DNA from: Leucoraja erinacea
Taxonomy: Eukaryota
Assembly (NCBI RefSeq): GCF_028641065.1
Contig: NC_073384.1
Span: 48,050,001-48,114,000, forward strand
DNA: 64,000 nt
Direction of reading: 5' to 3'
Both the position numbers and the translations under genes were made by a program. Positions 62,701 through 64,000 of this stretch are shown piece after piece (positions within the stretch are counted from its first letter, which is position 1; the number at the start of each line of letters is the position of its first letter). The notes beneath the pieces are model-generated. The model searched no databases. It was given only the letters and a program-made list of their open reading frames with translations, and was not told where the DNA came from.

Positions 62701-63659
62701 ATGTGGGATGACTTGTCCTCAATCGCCCTAACCAATGAAGGCAAGCGTCCATGTACATTCTTTACCATTCGATTTACCTGTGTTGCCACGTAGTTATGAA
62801 CTTCGTATATCCTCTGTATATCAATGCTGTTAAAGGTCTCGCCATCAACCGTATACTTTACCCTTGCATTCGACTTCCCAAAGTGGTTTTATTTGTCATC
62901 TGACCAACAGCAGCACTGTACGTGCATCAGATGTAGTGGATAAAACACACATATTTCTCACAATCTACTTCACTTAAATATGTATCTATTTGTGCTAAAA
63001 TTGGCTTTCAAAATTAGCTTTCGCTTCACTAAATTTGATGTGTTTATTTCCAAACCCTTTCTGTAGAGACGTGCAGATTTACATCCTCTGTAAAAAGGAA
63101 CAGCTGAATGTGAAATGCATGCCGTCCAGCCAATGTGTGATTAATTAAGGTTGTAATCTCAGTTTTGTCCATGAATAATGGATACAGGAATTCCTAAAAC
63201 GAGGAATAACCAGGACAGGATGGACCATTCAGTTCAGTCCCTTATCTTCATCGACCCACGTTGTTTCTGTGACCTTTAATATTCCCAACCAACAAAAGCC
63301 TTTCAGTTTCGATTTTGAAACAACTCATTTGATTCTTTCCTGAGAGCGACTCCCGATTTCACCATTGAATAGTTGAAACCTAATTTAATGTTCCCTTGTT
63401 CTGTACTCTTATTGAAAAGATAAGTTTTTATTTACTCCATTACTTTATTGAATTCTCAACCACCTACTTTGGATTGCCTATTAATTTCCTTGTTCAAGTT
63501 AATCAAGGACCAATAGTGGCTGAATCCTCAAAAATAAAAGAATAAATAGAAATTGTATTGTCATTTAAACCTTTCTGTCCTGAATCATTCTTATTAAAGA
63601 GCGATTAGTGTATTATTGAGAAATTGCAAAGAAACTGTTGGAAGAAATTAAAGAGCTAG

Positions 63660-63920
63660 GTTTAGTTTAAGAGATACAGCAGAGAAACAAGCCATTCAGC
63701 CCACCAAGCCAACCATTGACAACCCATTCACACTAGTTCTATGTTATCCCTCTTTCTCATCCACTCCCTATACATTAGGGGCAATTTTATAGAGATTAAT
63801 TAATCTACAAACCTGCACGACTGTAAAACGTGGAGTACGTGGAGAAAACCCATGCGGTGACATGCAGAATGAGCAAAATCCACATAGACAGCAGCAAAGG
63901 TCAGGATTGAACTGGGGTCA
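63660..63920 (-). mobile_element. HE1-type SINE (degenerate)
   Basis: Reverse-complement consensus. Confidence 0.72.
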
Positions 63921-64000
63921 CAAAATGATCAACTCTCCTGTCGTTGAGGCACATGCAGACACTGCAGCTTCATGGCAAATCAAGATATGGACTGTTTTGT

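Overview
Vertebrate genomic DNA, very probably a cartilaginous fish (skate/ray-like). This is inferred from the repeat content: HE1/V-SINE-type SINEs, HER1/CR1 LINEs, Rex1/Babar LINEs and Penelope remnants. The window is the interior of one large + strand gene, THADA. Five internal coding exons (14648-14757, 20817-20949, 21598-21729, 35580-35702, 46599-46690) have canonical AG/GT ends and splice in frame. The rest is repeat-dense intron with one 128-N assembly gap. Almost all ORF-track entries are TE fragments or chance ORFs. Best leads: (1) an abundant short, largely palindromic Penelope-derived element with minimal hammerhead-ribozyme cores on both strands and its own TSDs; (2) GC-rich non-autonomous elements with Rex/Babar-type tails, two inserted at nearly the same site of that element; (3) a 1.5-kb TIR element with a Tudor/Spindlin-like coding remnant; (4) Helitron-like elements, Harbinger-type MITEs, an IR/DR Tc1 copy, and a nested Rex/Babar-solo LTR-CR1 cluster. 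Repeat boundaries are approximate unless TSDs/TIRs are quoted. Family names come from recognition, not database searches.
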